A stretch of DNA of 64,000 nucleotides from Pseudomonadales bacterium (GCA_022825925.1 JAJDVW010000165.1:479-64478), one strand, 5' to 3'; positions 53,482 through 62,922 are shown, counted from the stretch's first letter. A program made the numbers and translations. Notes: generated by a model not told the origin, from the sequence alone.

Positions 53482-53637
53482 TCGCCGCCGCTGTTTCGCG
53501 GGCGGCGTATTATCGGGAAGGGGCGCGTGCTAAGCAACCGGCGGAGCGGCGGGATCGCGGGCCAGCGCACGCCCTCCGCCTCCCGTACATGCCCCGGCAC
53601 GCTGGGATAAGATGCGGGCAGCTTGCGCGGAGACGCC

Positions 53638-55056
53638 ATGGCCGAACCAGCCGCTTCGGGACGCGTGGGGCGTGCCCGAATCGCGCTCTACGGAGCGGTG
53701 AACCTGCCCACCTCCGTGGTCGGGCTGCCCATCGCGCTCTACGTCCCCGCCTTCTACTCCGAGAACCTCGGGCTCTCGCTCGCGGCCGTCGGCACGCTGC
53801 TCGCGCTGTCGCGGCTCACCGACGTGGTGACCGACCCGGCGATCGGCATCGCCTCCGACCGTTGGCGCACGCGCTTCGGGCGCCGCAAGCCCTGGATGGT
53901 TGCGGGCACGCCGCTCATGATCCTGTCGCTCTGGATGCTCTTCGTGCCGGACAGCCCCACGGCCATCGCGGTGTGGTCCGCCGTCGGCGGCGCCGGCGTC
54001 AGCAACCTCTATCTCTTCGTCTGGATCAGCGTCCTCTACCTCTCGTTCACCCTGGTCGACCTCCCCTACCGCGCGTGGGGGGCGGAGCTCTCGCCGGACT
54101 ACGACGAGCGCTCCCGCGTCACGGGCTGGCGCGAAGCCTTCGGCTACGGCGGGACCATGATGTCGCTCATCATCCCCCTCGCCATCGCGTTCGGACTGGC
54201 GCAGCCCGGGGCCGAAAACGCGCTCTACGGCGTCGCCCTGGCCGTCCTGGTGCTGATGCCGCTGCTCACGGCGCCCGCGATCGTGTTCGTCCGGGAGCCC
54301 CCGATCCGCGGCAGCAGGACGCCCCACGTCACCTGGCTGCGGGGCCTGCGCATCGTCTGGCGCAACGGGCCGTTCCGCCGCCTGGTGATCTGCCTCACGT
54401 TCTTCGCCACCGGCATCAGCATGACCGCGGCGATGTCGTTCTTCTTCGTGCGGCGCGTGATGGAAGAGCCCTTCGACACCTACGCCATCTTCGTCCTCGC
54501 CTACTACGTCTCCAGCACCGTGGCGATCCCGGCGTGGTTCGCGATCTCCAAGCGCATCGGCAAGCACCGCACCGTGGTGCTCGGCATCGCCTGGCTGTCG
54601 CTCTGGAGCTCGTTCATCCCGCTGCTCGGACCCGACGACTTCGCGATCTTCTTCGTGGTCATGCTGCTCAAGGGGTCGGCCATCGGCGCCCTGGTGTTCC
54701 TGCCGACCTCGATGGTCGCGGACATCGTCGACCTCGACACGTTGCGCACGCGCCAGCAGCGCACCGGGCTCTATTTCTCGCTCTGGGGGATGGTCAACAA
54801 GGGCGGCGCCGCCCTCGGGATCTTCTTCGCCACCACCGGCGCCGCCTACATGGGGTTCGACCCCGCCAGCGAGGCCAACACCGCCACGGCGAAGATGACG
54901 GTGGCGTTCCTGTACTCCATCATCCCGGCCGCTATTTCCTGCATGGCGTTGCCGCTGCTGTGGCGTTACCCGCTCACCCGGGAGCGGCAGCAGCGGATGC
55001 GCGCGCACATCGAGCGGCGGGACACGCGGATGCGGGCGGCCGGGCTGTCCCACTGA
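53638..55056 (+). CDS. GPH-family MFS symporter (second copy in the window)
   Basis: The GPH signature is LSRLTDVVTDPAIGIASDRWRTRFGRRKPWM, and there are about 12 hydrophobic segments. I prefer the ATG at 53638 over the TTG at 53623. Confidence 0.85.
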   Translation: MAEPAASGRVGRARIALYGAVNLPTSVVGLPIALYVPAFYSENLGLSLAAVGTLLALSRLTDVVTDPAIGIASDRWRTRFGRRKPWMVAGTPLMILSLWMLFVPDSPTAIAVWSAVGGAGVSNLYLFVWISVLYLSFTLVDLPYRAWGAELSPDYDERSRVTGWREAFGYGGTMMSLIIPLAIAFGLAQPGAENALYGVALAVLVLMPLLTAPAIVFVREPPIRGSRTPHVTWLRGLRIVWRNGPFRRLVICLTFFATGISMTAAMSFFFVRRVMEEPFDTYAIFVLAYYVSSTVAIPAWFAISKRIGKHRTVVLGIAWLSLWSSFIPLLGPDDFAIFFVVMLLKGSAIGALVFLPTSMVADIVDLDTLRTRQQRTGLYFSLWGMVNKGGAALGIFFATTGAAYMGFDPASEANTATAKMTVAFLYSIIPAAISCMALPLLWRYPLTRERQQRMRAHIERRDTRMRAAGLSH

Positions 55057-55074
55057 CGTTCCGCACCACGTCCC

Positions 55075-55425
55075 CTACCAATGCCGGTGGCCGCGTCCAT
55101 GCCGATGGCCGTGTCCATGCCGATGGCCGTGCCGATGCGCGGCCCGGTGCCGGTGGCCCCCGGCCCAATGCGTTGGATACGCGTTCCCGACGCACAGGGC
55201 GAGGTGGTGGAACGGCCCCGACCGCCGGTGTCGCCGCCCATGCGTCCCCAAGCAGACACTCCAGCCGGGGTGGTGCGTGACGTGCGGGGGATGGTAGTGA
55301 TGATAGGCGCGATGCCCGTGCCCGTGCCCGTGTCCGTGCCCGTGAGGATGCGCGGCCGCGGAGACCGCCGCGAGGGACAGCAGGACGGCCGCCGTGCCGG
55401 TGAGATTGCGGAGTTGCCGGTGCAT
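55075..55425 (-). CDS. Exported, extremely His-rich small protein (putative periplasmic metal binder)
   Basis: The ATG at 55425 opens the signal peptide MHRQLRNLTGTAAVLLSLAAVSAAA. The mature part starts HPHGHGHGHGHGH... and ends ...HRHGHRHGHGHRHGRGHRHW. I count about 29 His in about 91 residues, plus two Cys. Confidence 0.5.
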   Translation of the reverse strand: MHRQLRNLTGTAAVLLSLAAVSAAAHPHGHGHGHGHGHRAYHHYHPPHVTHHPGWSVCLGTHGRRHRRSGPFHHLALCVGNAYPTHWAGGHRHRAAHRHGHRHGHGHRHGRGHRHW

Positions 55426-55606
55426 CGGGGGAGCGCTCCCGTGTGGCGAAGTCTGCGGGCGACGTTCGCACACCGGCGATGAACCCCGTCTGAACGGCGC
55501 CCCCACGTCATCCGCTCCCTGCCTCCCCGCCGCCACGCCCGCCTGACGTTACACTCCCCCGGATGCCGGCCATCCGGCCGAAGCCAGCCACGGGAGACCG
55601 CCACCC

Positions 55607-56401
55607 ATGACCGACCAGACCCGACCCGGACGCCTCGCCGGCCGCACGGCCCTGATCACCGGCGCGAGCCGGGGCATCGGGCGCGCCATCGCCCGGAGCT
55701 TCGCGGCGGAGGGCGCCCACCTCTTCCTGACCGCCACCAACATGGCAAAGCTCACGGAGACGCGCGGGCTCTGCGCGGACGCGGGCGTCGAGCTGCACTG
55801 TCATGGCGCAAACGTCGCGGATGCGGACGCGGTCGCTGCGCTCTTCGACGCCGCCGTCTCGTGGCGCGACGGACTCGACATCGTGGTCAACAACGCCGGC
55901 ATCTACATCGGCAAGCCGTTCGTCGACTACGAACTCGCCGAACTCGACCAGGTCATGAAGGTCAACGTGTACGCCGTCTTCCAGCTCACGCAGCTCGCGG
56001 TCAAGCACATGCTCGGCCGCGGCGGCGGCAAGATCGTCAACATCGCCTCCACCGCCGGCAAGTGGGAGAGCCCGAACCAGGCCGTCTACAACACCTCCAA
56101 GCACGCGGTGGTCGGGCTGACGCGCTGCGCGGCGCTCGAGACCGCGGCCCAGGGCATCAACATCAACGCCATCTGCCCGGGCTTCGTCTCGACCGGGATG
56201 TTCGACGGGCTGCACGACACCGCCGAGGCCCTCGGCGTGCCGGTGGAGGAGCTGCAGCAGCAGGTCGTCTCCCGCGTGCCGATGGGGCGCCTCGTCACGG
56301 GCGACGAGGTCGGCCACCTGGCGGTCTACCTGGCGAGCGAAGAGTCCGACGGGATGACGGGGCAGTCCATCCCGATCTCCGGCGGCATGCGGATGGGGTG
56401 A
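55607..56401 (+). CDS. SDR-family oxidoreductase (FabG-like)
   Basis: Motifs: TGASRGIGRAIA, NNAG, and the catalytic S...YNTSK. Confidence 0.9.
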   Translation: MTDQTRPGRLAGRTALITGASRGIGRAIARSFAAEGAHLFLTATNMAKLTETRGLCADAGVELHCHGANVADADAVAALFDAAVSWRDGLDIVVNNAGIYIGKPFVDYELAELDQVMKVNVYAVFQLTQLAVKHMLGRGGGKIVNIASTAGKWESPNQAVYNTSKHAVVGLTRCAALETAAQGININAICPGFVSTGMFDGLHDTAEALGVPVEELQQQVVSRVPMGRLVTGDEVGHLAVYLASEESDGMTGQSIPISGGMRMG

Positions 56402-56482
56402 GGGCTACCAGGACGTCTATCTGTACCGACATCCCCCGACCCAATCACCTGTTACGCACTCCCTGCGAGTTCACCGAAGAGA

Positions 56483-56704
56483 TTGCTGATGATTGCAGGA
56501 GCGCGCCGCCTTCCAGTCCAGCACCTGTCGATCCGCGTGCCGTGGCACGACGCCGGATGGGCCGGAACCGTCTGCAACAGGCCCGCCGCCAACACGGCTT
56601 GTCGCGTGTTGCCCAGAGTCGCAGAGAGCAAGGACGACGCGGCCGAGGAGAGCATTGCCGGACAATCCTTCGCGGAGCTGGCTGCCGACCAGCTTCCTCC
56701 CTAG
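56483..56704 (+). pseudogene. Truncated N-terminal fragment (73 codons) of a larger uncharacterised protein
   Basis: ...LSIRVPWHDAGWAGTVCNRPAANTACRVL...AGQSFAELAADQLPP-stop. I recall the PWHDxGWxGxxC...NxxC motif from the N-termini of long uncharacterised proteins, but I cannot name the family. Here it ends after 73 codons. Confidence 0.35.
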
Positions 56705-56937
56705 AGAAGTCGACGAGCATGTCGAGTATCAGTACTCGACAAGGAACCCTTCCCACCGCAGCGTCCTCTGGGAACGCAACGTCGAGCACTCCATTCGCCC
56801 GGGCTTTGCGCCGATCCATTGGTCAGGGCGACAAGGAACTCGCGTACAAGGGCAGAAACCGACGTCCCCGCCTCGGCCGCCCGGATCCGCGAGAGTCGGT
56901 AAGTCTCCTCGTCGACGGCCACGGTGATGTTCTTCAC
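56701..56937 (-). CDS. Ribbon-helix-helix (CopG/Arc-type) antitoxin-like protein, C-terminus possibly corrupted
   Basis: The GTG at 56937 gives VKNITVAVDEETYRLSRIRAAEAGTSVSALVREFLVAL, a typical RHH N-domain. The remaining roughly 35 residues (Arg/Cys/Gly-rich) do not look native. Confidence 0.45.
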   Translation of the reverse strand: MKNITVAVDEETYRLSRIRAAEAGTSVSALVREFLVALTNGSAQSPGEWSARRCVPRGRCGGKGSLSSTDTRHARRLL

Positions 56938-57032
56938 GATTCCACATCTTCCCAATGGCTGGGCCGCTACACTCTAGCGCACCGCGCCCACGGCGCGCTC
57001 GAGCGGGAAGCCGTCCTCCTCTTCCCCCGCCA

Positions 57033-58439
57033 CTACTCGTCGGATGCCACGGCGAGCTCGCGCAGCATCGACAGCAACGTGTCGTGCGTCAGCCAGCGGC
57101 CGTCGGCCATGACGCCGTCGAGCCGCCAGAGGTGGCCGACATCCTCGAGCGGGTTCGCGCCGAGCAGCACCAGGTCGGCGTGCATCCCCGGCAGGATCCT
57201 GCCCCGTCTGTCCTCGTCGCCGAGAAAAAGCGCCGGGGCGGTGGTCGCCGCCTGCAGCGCCTCGTACGGGGACAGGCCGGCCTCGACGAAGGTCGCGACC
57301 TCGTCGATCAGCGTGAAGCCCGGCACCAGCGAGGGGAAGGTGTCGGTCCCCGTCATGAGCGGGGCGCCGGCGGCGTGCAGCCGCGCCAGGAAGGTCAGCA
57401 TCCGGGGGCGCGCCAGGCCGAGCATCTCCCGGGATTCCATCGAGAACAGCGCCTCCAGGCCCGAGTTGCGGTAAGCCCTTAGCAGGTCGGCGGGCATGTA
57501 CTCCGCCATGGGGTGATCGGCGAACTCTTCCAGGCGCCCGGCGTGGATCAGCATGGAGTTGACCACGAAGGTGGGACAGTTCCATGCGCCGGCCTCCACC
57601 GTCGCCCGGACGAGTTCGTCCATCCGCGCGTCCGACATGTTGAGCCAGGAGGCAAAGCGCTCGGGGCTGCGCCCGCCGTCCTTGACCAGGGCTTCGCGCG
57701 GCAGGCCGTCGATGTCATAGCCGCGGAAGTGCTCGATGGACGCCTGGCCGTCGGCCAGCACTTCCTCGATGCCCACGTCGAAGGGCACGTGGCCGAAGAA
57801 CGGTATGCCGAGCTTGCGCGCCTCGTCCGCGATCGCCTCGTAGGCCTCGCGCGACAGGGTGTGGTAGATCTTGATCGACTCGAAACCCTGCGCCGCGAAC
57901 CGCCGCACGGCGGCGCGGGCCGCGCCTGCCGAGAGCACCCGCACCGAGAAATCCCAGACGGCGTTCGCGCCTTCGAGCAGGGGACTCGCAATCTCCATGC
58001 GCGGGCCCAGCAGCGTGCCGTCGTCGATGGCCGCGGCGAGCCGCAGCAGATCCTCGGAGCCGGCCGCGTTCCGAATCGTCGTGACACCGGTCGCCAGGTA
58101 CAGGAGCAGGTCGGCGCGCTGTGCCGTCTGACCCGGCCGGTAGTCGGCCCCTATGTGGGCGTGCATGTCCGCAAGCCCGGGCAGCACGAACTTCCCCCGG
58201 CCGTCGACGACCGTCGCCCCGGCCGGGACCGTCACCGCGTCCGCGGGACCGACGGCCGCGATCCGGTCGCCCTCCACGAGCACCGTCCGATGCGGAGCGG
58301 CGTCCGGCGTGTCCATCGAGATGACGTTGACGTCCACGAACGCGTACGTGGCCGATTCCGCCGCGGCCGCCGGCCCGACGGTCCAGAGCGCGAGCAGGAC
58401 ACACGCCGTCCCCACGCCGGTTCTCGCTGCGCGATACAT
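57033..58439 (-). CDS. Exported amidohydrolase-family metallohydrolase
   Basis: GGGGAGAA lies upstream of the ATG at 58439. A signal peptide is present. Motifs: FVLPGLADMHAHIG; C-terminal ...GRILPGMHADLVLL. Confidence 0.85.
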   Translation of the reverse strand: MYRAARTGVGTACVLLALWTVGPAAAAESATYAFVDVNVISMDTPDAAPHRTVLVEGDRIAAVGPADAVTVPAGATVVDGRGKFVLPGLADMHAHIGADYRPGQTAQRADLLLYLATGVTTIRNAAGSEDLLRLAAAIDDGTLLGPRMEIASPLLEGANAVWDFSVRVLSAGAARAAVRRFAAQGFESIKIYHTLSREAYEAIADEARKLGIPFFGHVPFDVGIEEVLADGQASIEHFRGYDIDGLPREALVKDGGRSPERFASWLNMSDARMDELVRATVEAGAWNCPTFVVNSMLIHAGRLEEFADHPMAEYMPADLLRAYRNSGLEALFSMESREMLGLARPRMLTFLARLHAAGAPLMTGTDTFPSLVPGFTLIDEVATFVEAGLSPYEALQAATTAPALFLGDEDRRGRILPGMHADLVLLGANPLEDVGHLWRLDGVMADGRWLTHDTLLSMLRELAVASDE

Positions 58440-58536
58440 GGGTTCTCCCCTTCGCGTGCCGCGGGTTCGATGGTACCGTTCGGGCCGTCTCGATGCCGGC
58501 GTACACTTCCGGCTGCGCACAACGGGGAGGAAACGC

Positions 58537-58808
58537 GTGACCGCTGACCAGGGACCGCCGTCCGGCGACGCCCGGGCGCTCGACCACTACGTCCTGCAGA
58601 TTCACGACGTGGACGCGGCCGGCGCCGCCTTCGAGCGCCTCGGGTGCCGATCGGACTGACCATCTCCGTGCGGGCGCTCGACCGCTGCCGCGCGGCACTC
58701 GCCGACGGCGGGACGGACTGCACCATGCACGAGGGCGCCCTGCTGGTGCCGCCGGAACGGGCGCACGGCGCCGTGATCGAGTTCGTGCCCGCCACGGAGG
58801 AGGCATAG
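58537..58808 (+). pseudogene. Glyoxalase/VOC-family gene remnant (frameshift or internal deletion)
   Basis: GGGGAGG plus GTG opens ...ALDHYVLQIHDVDAAGAAFERLG, then a stop. A second frame continues PIGLTISVRALDRCRAALADGG...VPPERAHGAVIEFVP. Together this is only about 90 aa, against about 130 for an intact VOC protein. Confidence 0.4.
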
Positions 58809-58810
58809 CC

Positions 58811-59821
58811 ATGCGCGCAGCCGTCATCCACGAACACGGAGACCGCGACGTCATTCGCCTGGTGAACGACTACCCGACTCCGACCGCGGAGCCCGGCTGG
58901 GTCGTGCTCCGCGTCGGGGCGACGTCCATCAACTTCCACGACATCTTCACGCGGCGCGGCATGCCCGGAATCCGCATTCCGTTCCCGTTGATCGTGGGAT
59001 CGGACCTCGCCGGCGAGATCGTCGAGACCGGCCTCGGCGTGACCGGCTGGTCCGCCGGCGACCGGGTCCTGGTCGATCCGCACCCGAGCGAGGCGAGCGG
59101 CGGGAAGTTCCTCGGCGAGCAGCTCGACGGCGGGCGCGCCGAGTTCTGCGCGGTGCTCGTGGACCAGCTCGTCGCCCTGCCGGACACGGTGAGCTTCGAG
59201 GTGGCCTCCACCCTGCCGCTGGCCTATGCCACCGCCCACCGGATGATGTTCACGCGCGGCCACCTGAAGGCGGGCGAGACCGTCCTCGTGCTCGGCGCGA
59301 GCGGCGGCGTCGGGACCTGCTGCGTCCTCCTCGCCAAGATGGCCGGCGCAACGGTCCTCGCCTGCGCGTCGTCCGCCGGGAAGCTCGAGCGGCTCGCCGC
59401 CATCGGGGCGGACCACCTGATCGACTACACGCGGGTGGACATGCGCAAGGCGGTGCACGAGATCGTCGGCCGGCCCCGCGTCGCGGGCACTGGAGGCGTC
59501 GACCTGGCCGTCAACTACACCGGCGGCAAGACGTGGAACGACACCATGCGCTGCGTCGGCAACGGCGGCCGCATGGTCACGTGCGGCGCCACCGCCGGGT
59601 TCGACGAGGAAGTGGACTGCCGCTACGTCTGGACCTTCGAGCAGTCCATCGTCGGCTCCAACGGCTGGACCCGGGACGACGTCCTCGCGCTGCTCGGCAT
59701 GGTCGAGTCCGGCCGGCTCGAACCCGTCATCGACCGCGTGTTCCCCCTCGACGATATCCACGAAGCGGAGCGGCTGCTCGAGGACCGCGAGGTCTTCGGC
59801 AAGGTCGTCGTCACGCCGTAG
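58811..59821 (+). CDS. Zinc-type alcohol dehydrogenase / quinone oxidoreductase (MDR family)
   Basis: Motifs GSDLAGEIVETG, the Rossmann motif VLVLGASGGVGTCCVLLAKMAGA, and the C-terminal FGKVVVTP. Confidence 0.9.
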   Translation: MRAAVIHEHGDRDVIRLVNDYPTPTAEPGWVVLRVGATSINFHDIFTRRGMPGIRIPFPLIVGSDLAGEIVETGLGVTGWSAGDRVLVDPHPSEASGGKFLGEQLDGGRAEFCAVLVDQLVALPDTVSFEVASTLPLAYATAHRMMFTRGHLKAGETVLVLGASGGVGTCCVLLAKMAGATVLACASSAGKLERLAAIGADHLIDYTRVDMRKAVHEIVGRPRVAGTGGVDLAVNYTGGKTWNDTMRCVGNGGRMVTCGATAGFDEEVDCRYVWTFEQSIVGSNGWTRDDVLALLGMVESGRLEPVIDRVFPLDDIHEAERLLEDREVFGKVVVTP

Positions 59822-59837
59822 CAGGGACGGTACGGGC

Positions 59838-60257
59838 GTGGGCGATTTCGACACCCGGGAGCAGATCCAGGCCAGCCTGGACGAATCGCCGTTCGCCGCG
59901 TTCTGCGGTCTCCGCGTGGAAGATGTCGACAAGTCCGCGGGCCGGCTCGTCCTGTGCATGCCCATGCGGCCCGAGCTGGAGCGCCTGGCGGGTTCGGGCC
60001 AGATGCACGGCGGCCCCATCGCGTGCCTGATCGACACCGCGGGCTGCTACGCGACCATGCTGGTGCTCGGCCACGGCGTGCCCACGATCAACTTCCGCAC
60101 CGACTACCTCCGCCCAGTCATCGACACGGACCTCAGGGCCGTCGCCGTCGTGCGGCGCGCCGGACGCACCGTCGCAGTGGCGGACGTGGACCTGTTCGAC
60201 GACCGGGACTGGCTCGTCGCGACGGGCCGCGCCACGTTCGGGTCGCGCGCCGGGTGA
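59838..60257 (+). CDS. PaaI-type hotdog-fold thioesterase
   Basis: Motifs: GQMHGGPIACLIDTAG, INFRTDYLRPV, GRTVAVADVDLFD. Confidence 0.8.
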   Translation: MGDFDTREQIQASLDESPFAAFCGLRVEDVDKSAGRLVLCMPMRPELERLAGSGQMHGGPIACLIDTAGCYATMLVLGHGVPTINFRTDYLRPVIDTDLRAVAVVRRAGRTVAVADVDLFDDRDWLVATGRATFGSRAG

Positions 60258-61762
60258 CCGACCGTCCCCGCAATCTCGGCGACATCCTCGGCGTACGCCG
60301 GGACTCGGACGAGGTCGCGATCGTCAGCCTCGCCGCCGACGGCCTCGCCCGCGAGTGGCGCGCACGCGAGTGGCGCGCCCGCGAGATCGAGCAGGGTTCG
60401 CTCGCCTACGGCGAGGCGGTGCGCCGGCGCGGCCTGGAGCCGGGCGCCGCGGTCGGCATCTTCGCGCAGAACTCGGTACCCAACCTGATGGCCTACCTGG
60501 GCGTCCTGCGTGCCGGGTACGTGTGCGTCCCCGTGAACATCCGCCAGCCGCCCGCGATCGTCCGCTTCGTCTGCGAAGACGCGGGGATGCAGTTCGCCTT
60601 CGCCGACGAGGCCGGCGCGGCCCTGGTGCCCGAGGGCGTCGCCCACGCCGGACTGGCGCCCGTCCCCGCTCGTGCGCCCGGACCGGCGGGCGCGTTCCCG
60701 GCGGCCGGGGGGCGCTCCACAGCCCTGATCCTGTATACGTCGGGGTCGACCGGCCGTCCCAAGGGAGTCGTCCTGTCCCACCGGAGCCAGCTTGCGATGA
60801 CCGACGCGGTGACCGCCGGCCCGGACAGCCGGCTCTTCGACGGGCAGCGGGGCATCGTGGCGGCGCCGATGTTCCACATGAACGCCCAGGTGTTCATCGC
60901 GTCGTTCCTGACCGGCGGAGGCTCCGTCGTGCTGATGTCGCGGTTCGATGCCGCGGTGTTCGCCGAGGCCATCGCGACCTACGGCGTGCACGTGCTGACC
61001 GGCGTGCCGACCATGATCGCGCTGCTGCACTCCGCGTGGCGGGACCTCGGGCGGCCGGACCTCGGCAGCGTCCACACCGTGTACATCGGCTCGGCCCCCG
61101 TCACCGAGGCGATCGTCGCCCAGTCGCGGGAGATGATGCCGAACGCGAGGGTCCTGAACTCCTACGGCACCACCGAGACGGGGGGCGGGCTGTTCGGGCC
61201 GCACCCCGACGGGCTCCCGAGGCCGGCCATCTCGGTCGGCTACCCGACGCCGCGGGTCGGCCTGCGCCTCGACGAGGACGGCGCGCTGCTCGTGAAGGCG
61301 CCGAGCATGATGACCGGCTACCTCAACCTGCCGGAACTGACCGCGCGCCGGCTGCACGACGGCTGGTACGACACGGGGGACCTGTTCGAACGGGACGCCG
61401 ACGGCTTCTACTTCTTCCGGGGCCGCGCCGACGACATGTTCGTGTGCTCGGGCGAGAACGTGTACCCGGGCGAGGTGGAGCAGGCGGTCGAGTCGCACCC
61501 GGGCGTCCTGCAGGCGGCGGTGGTGCCCGTGGCGGACGCGCAGCGCGGCCAGATGCCGGTGGCCTTCGTCGTGCCGGCGGCGGACCCCGTCGACGCGCGG
61601 GAGATCCAGGACCACGTCAGGACGCGGATCGCGCCCTACCTGTATCCCCGGCGGGTCTGGTTCCTGGACGCCCTGCCCCTGGCGAGCACCACCAAGGTCG
61701 ACCGCCGGGAACTCATGCGCCGGGCCGAAGCGTCCATGACCGCGGAACGCGCCGATCGATAG
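60254..61762 (+). CDS. AMP-dependent acyl-CoA synthetase/ligase
   Basis: The GTG overlaps the upstream TGA (GTGA). Motifs: LILYTSGSTGRPKGVVLSH, YGTTETGG, GWYDTGDL, GRADDMFVCSGENVYPGEVE. Confidence 0.9.
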   Translation: MTDRPRNLGDILGVRRDSDEVAIVSLAADGLAREWRAREWRAREIEQGSLAYGEAVRRRGLEPGAAVGIFAQNSVPNLMAYLGVLRAGYVCVPVNIRQPPAIVRFVCEDAGMQFAFADEAGAALVPEGVAHAGLAPVPARAPGPAGAFPAAGGRSTALILYTSGSTGRPKGVVLSHRSQLAMTDAVTAGPDSRLFDGQRGIVAAPMFHMNAQVFIASFLTGGGSVVLMSRFDAAVFAEAIATYGVHVLTGVPTMIALLHSAWRDLGRPDLGSVHTVYIGSAPVTEAIVAQSREMMPNARVLNSYGTTETGGGLFGPHPDGLPRPAISVGYPTPRVGLRLDEDGALLVKAPSMMTGYLNLPELTARRLHDGWYDTGDLFERDADGFYFFRGRADDMFVCSGENVYPGEVEQAVESHPGVLQAAVVPVADAQRGQMPVAFVVPAADPVDAREIQDHVRTRIAPYLYPRRVWFLDALPLASTTKVDRRELMRRAEASMTAERADR

Positions 61763-61809
61763 TGGCGGAACCCGCCGACACCCCGCGCGCCCCGTACCCG
61801 CTGGAAGTG

Positions 61810-61838
61810 GAGGCGCAAGCTCCTCGTCCCTGCGCCTC
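61810..61838. terminator. Hairpin between convergent genes
   Basis: GAGGCGCA-N13-TGCGCCTC. The 3' arm overlaps the stop codon of the FAD oxidoreductase. Confidence 0.3.
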
Positions 61839-62919
61839 ACGAGGCCGCGAGCGTCCCGACGCGCTCGGCGATCGCGAGCGCCGCGGTCATGCCGGGCGAC
61901 TCGATGCCGAGCAGGTTGACCAGGCCGCTCACGCCATGTTGCGCCGGCCCCTCGATGACGAAGTCCCCGGCCGGGGCGCCGGCGGGCACGATCTTCGGGC
62001 GGATGCCCGTGTATCCCGGGTGCAGGCGCTCCTCGTCGAGCCCGGGGTAGTAGCGGCGGATGGCCGCGACGAAGCGGTCCCGGCCGGCCGCGTCGAAATC
62101 GTAGTCCGCACCGTCGATCCACACCACGTCGGGCCCGAACCGGGCCTGCCCGGCGAGGTCCAGGGTGACGTGGACGCCGAGCCCGCCGGACTCCGCCACC
62201 GGATAGACCAGATGCTTGAACGGGCTCGCCCCCGAGAGCGCGTAGTAGTGGCCCTTGGCGAAAAAGCCCCGGTACCCGGGACGGAACGCCCCGGCGAGGG
62301 CCGGCGCGGAGAGTCCGGCGGCGTTGACGGCCGTGTCCACCGACAGTTCGTAGTCGCCGCAGGCGACGCCCACGCGGTCGCCGTGGCGGCGCAGCCCGGT
62401 CACCTCCGTACACAGCGAGACCACGCCGCCGCGCGCCTCGAGGTCGCCCTGCAGGCTCAGCATGAGGGCGTGGCTGTCGACGATCCCCGTGCTTTCCGAG
62501 TAGATCCCGCCCAGGCAGCGCACGGCGGGCTCGAGCTCCGACACCTCGTCGGCATCGAGCCACGGTAGCTCGCCCACGCCGTTCTCCCGCGCCTGCGCGC
62601 GATAGCCCCGCAGGGTCTCGAAATGGTTCTCCCGGGTCGCCACGATGATCTTGCCGATCCGCGCATGGGGCACGGCGTGGCTCCTGCAGTAGTCGTACAG
62701 CAACGCCTTGCCCCGCACGCAGGTCTCGGCCTTGACCGAGCCGGTGGGATAGTAGATGCCCGCGTGGATCACCTCCGAGTGCCGGCTGCTGGTCTCCGAA
62801 CCGATCAGTTCGTGCCGCTCGAGGACCAGCACTTCCCGGCCCGCCAGGGCCAGCTCGCGCGCGACCGCGAGTCCCACCACTCCGGCCCCGATCACCACGG
62901 CGTCGCAGCGTTCAGGCAA
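61837..62919 (-). CDS. FAD-dependent oxidoreductase (L-2-hydroxyglutarate oxidase/LhgO-like)
   Basis: TTG start. The dinucleotide fold is DAVVIGAGVVGLAVARELA, followed by SSRHSEVIHAGIYYP. Confidence 0.85.
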   Translation of the reverse strand: MPERCDAVVIGAGVVGLAVARELALAGREVLVLERHELIGSETSSRHSEVIHAGIYYPTGSVKAETCVRGKALLYDYCRSHAVPHARIGKIIVATRENHFETLRGYRAQARENGVGELPWLDADEVSELEPAVRCLGGIYSESTGIVDSHALMLSLQGDLEARGGVVSLCTEVTGLRRHGDRVGVACGDYELSVDTAVNAAGLSAPALAGAFRPGYRGFFAKGHYYALSGASPFKHLVYPVAESGGLGVHVTLDLAGQARFGPDVVWIDGADYDFDAAGRDRFVAAIRRYYPGLDEERLHPGYTGIRPKIVPAGAPAGDFVIEGPAQHGVSGLVNLLGIESPGMTAALAIAERVGTLAAS

Positions 62920-62922
62920 AGG

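Noticed and set aside
55081-55482. A plus-strand Met/Pro/Val-rich ORF (MPVAASMPMAVSMPMAVPM...) that could be read as a Met-motif copper protein.
   Set aside because: It has no signal peptide, and its C-terminal half looks non-coding (GRGDRREGQQDGRR...). It is the codon-for-codon antisense of the His-rich ORF, which has a proper signal peptide. It is kept only as an alternative in the finding.
60343-60385. A 12-nt duplication (AREWRAREWRARE) near the N-terminus of the acyl-CoA synthetase.
   Set aside because: It is a small in-frame duplication in a non-conserved N-terminal region. It has no obvious functional implication beyond slippage.
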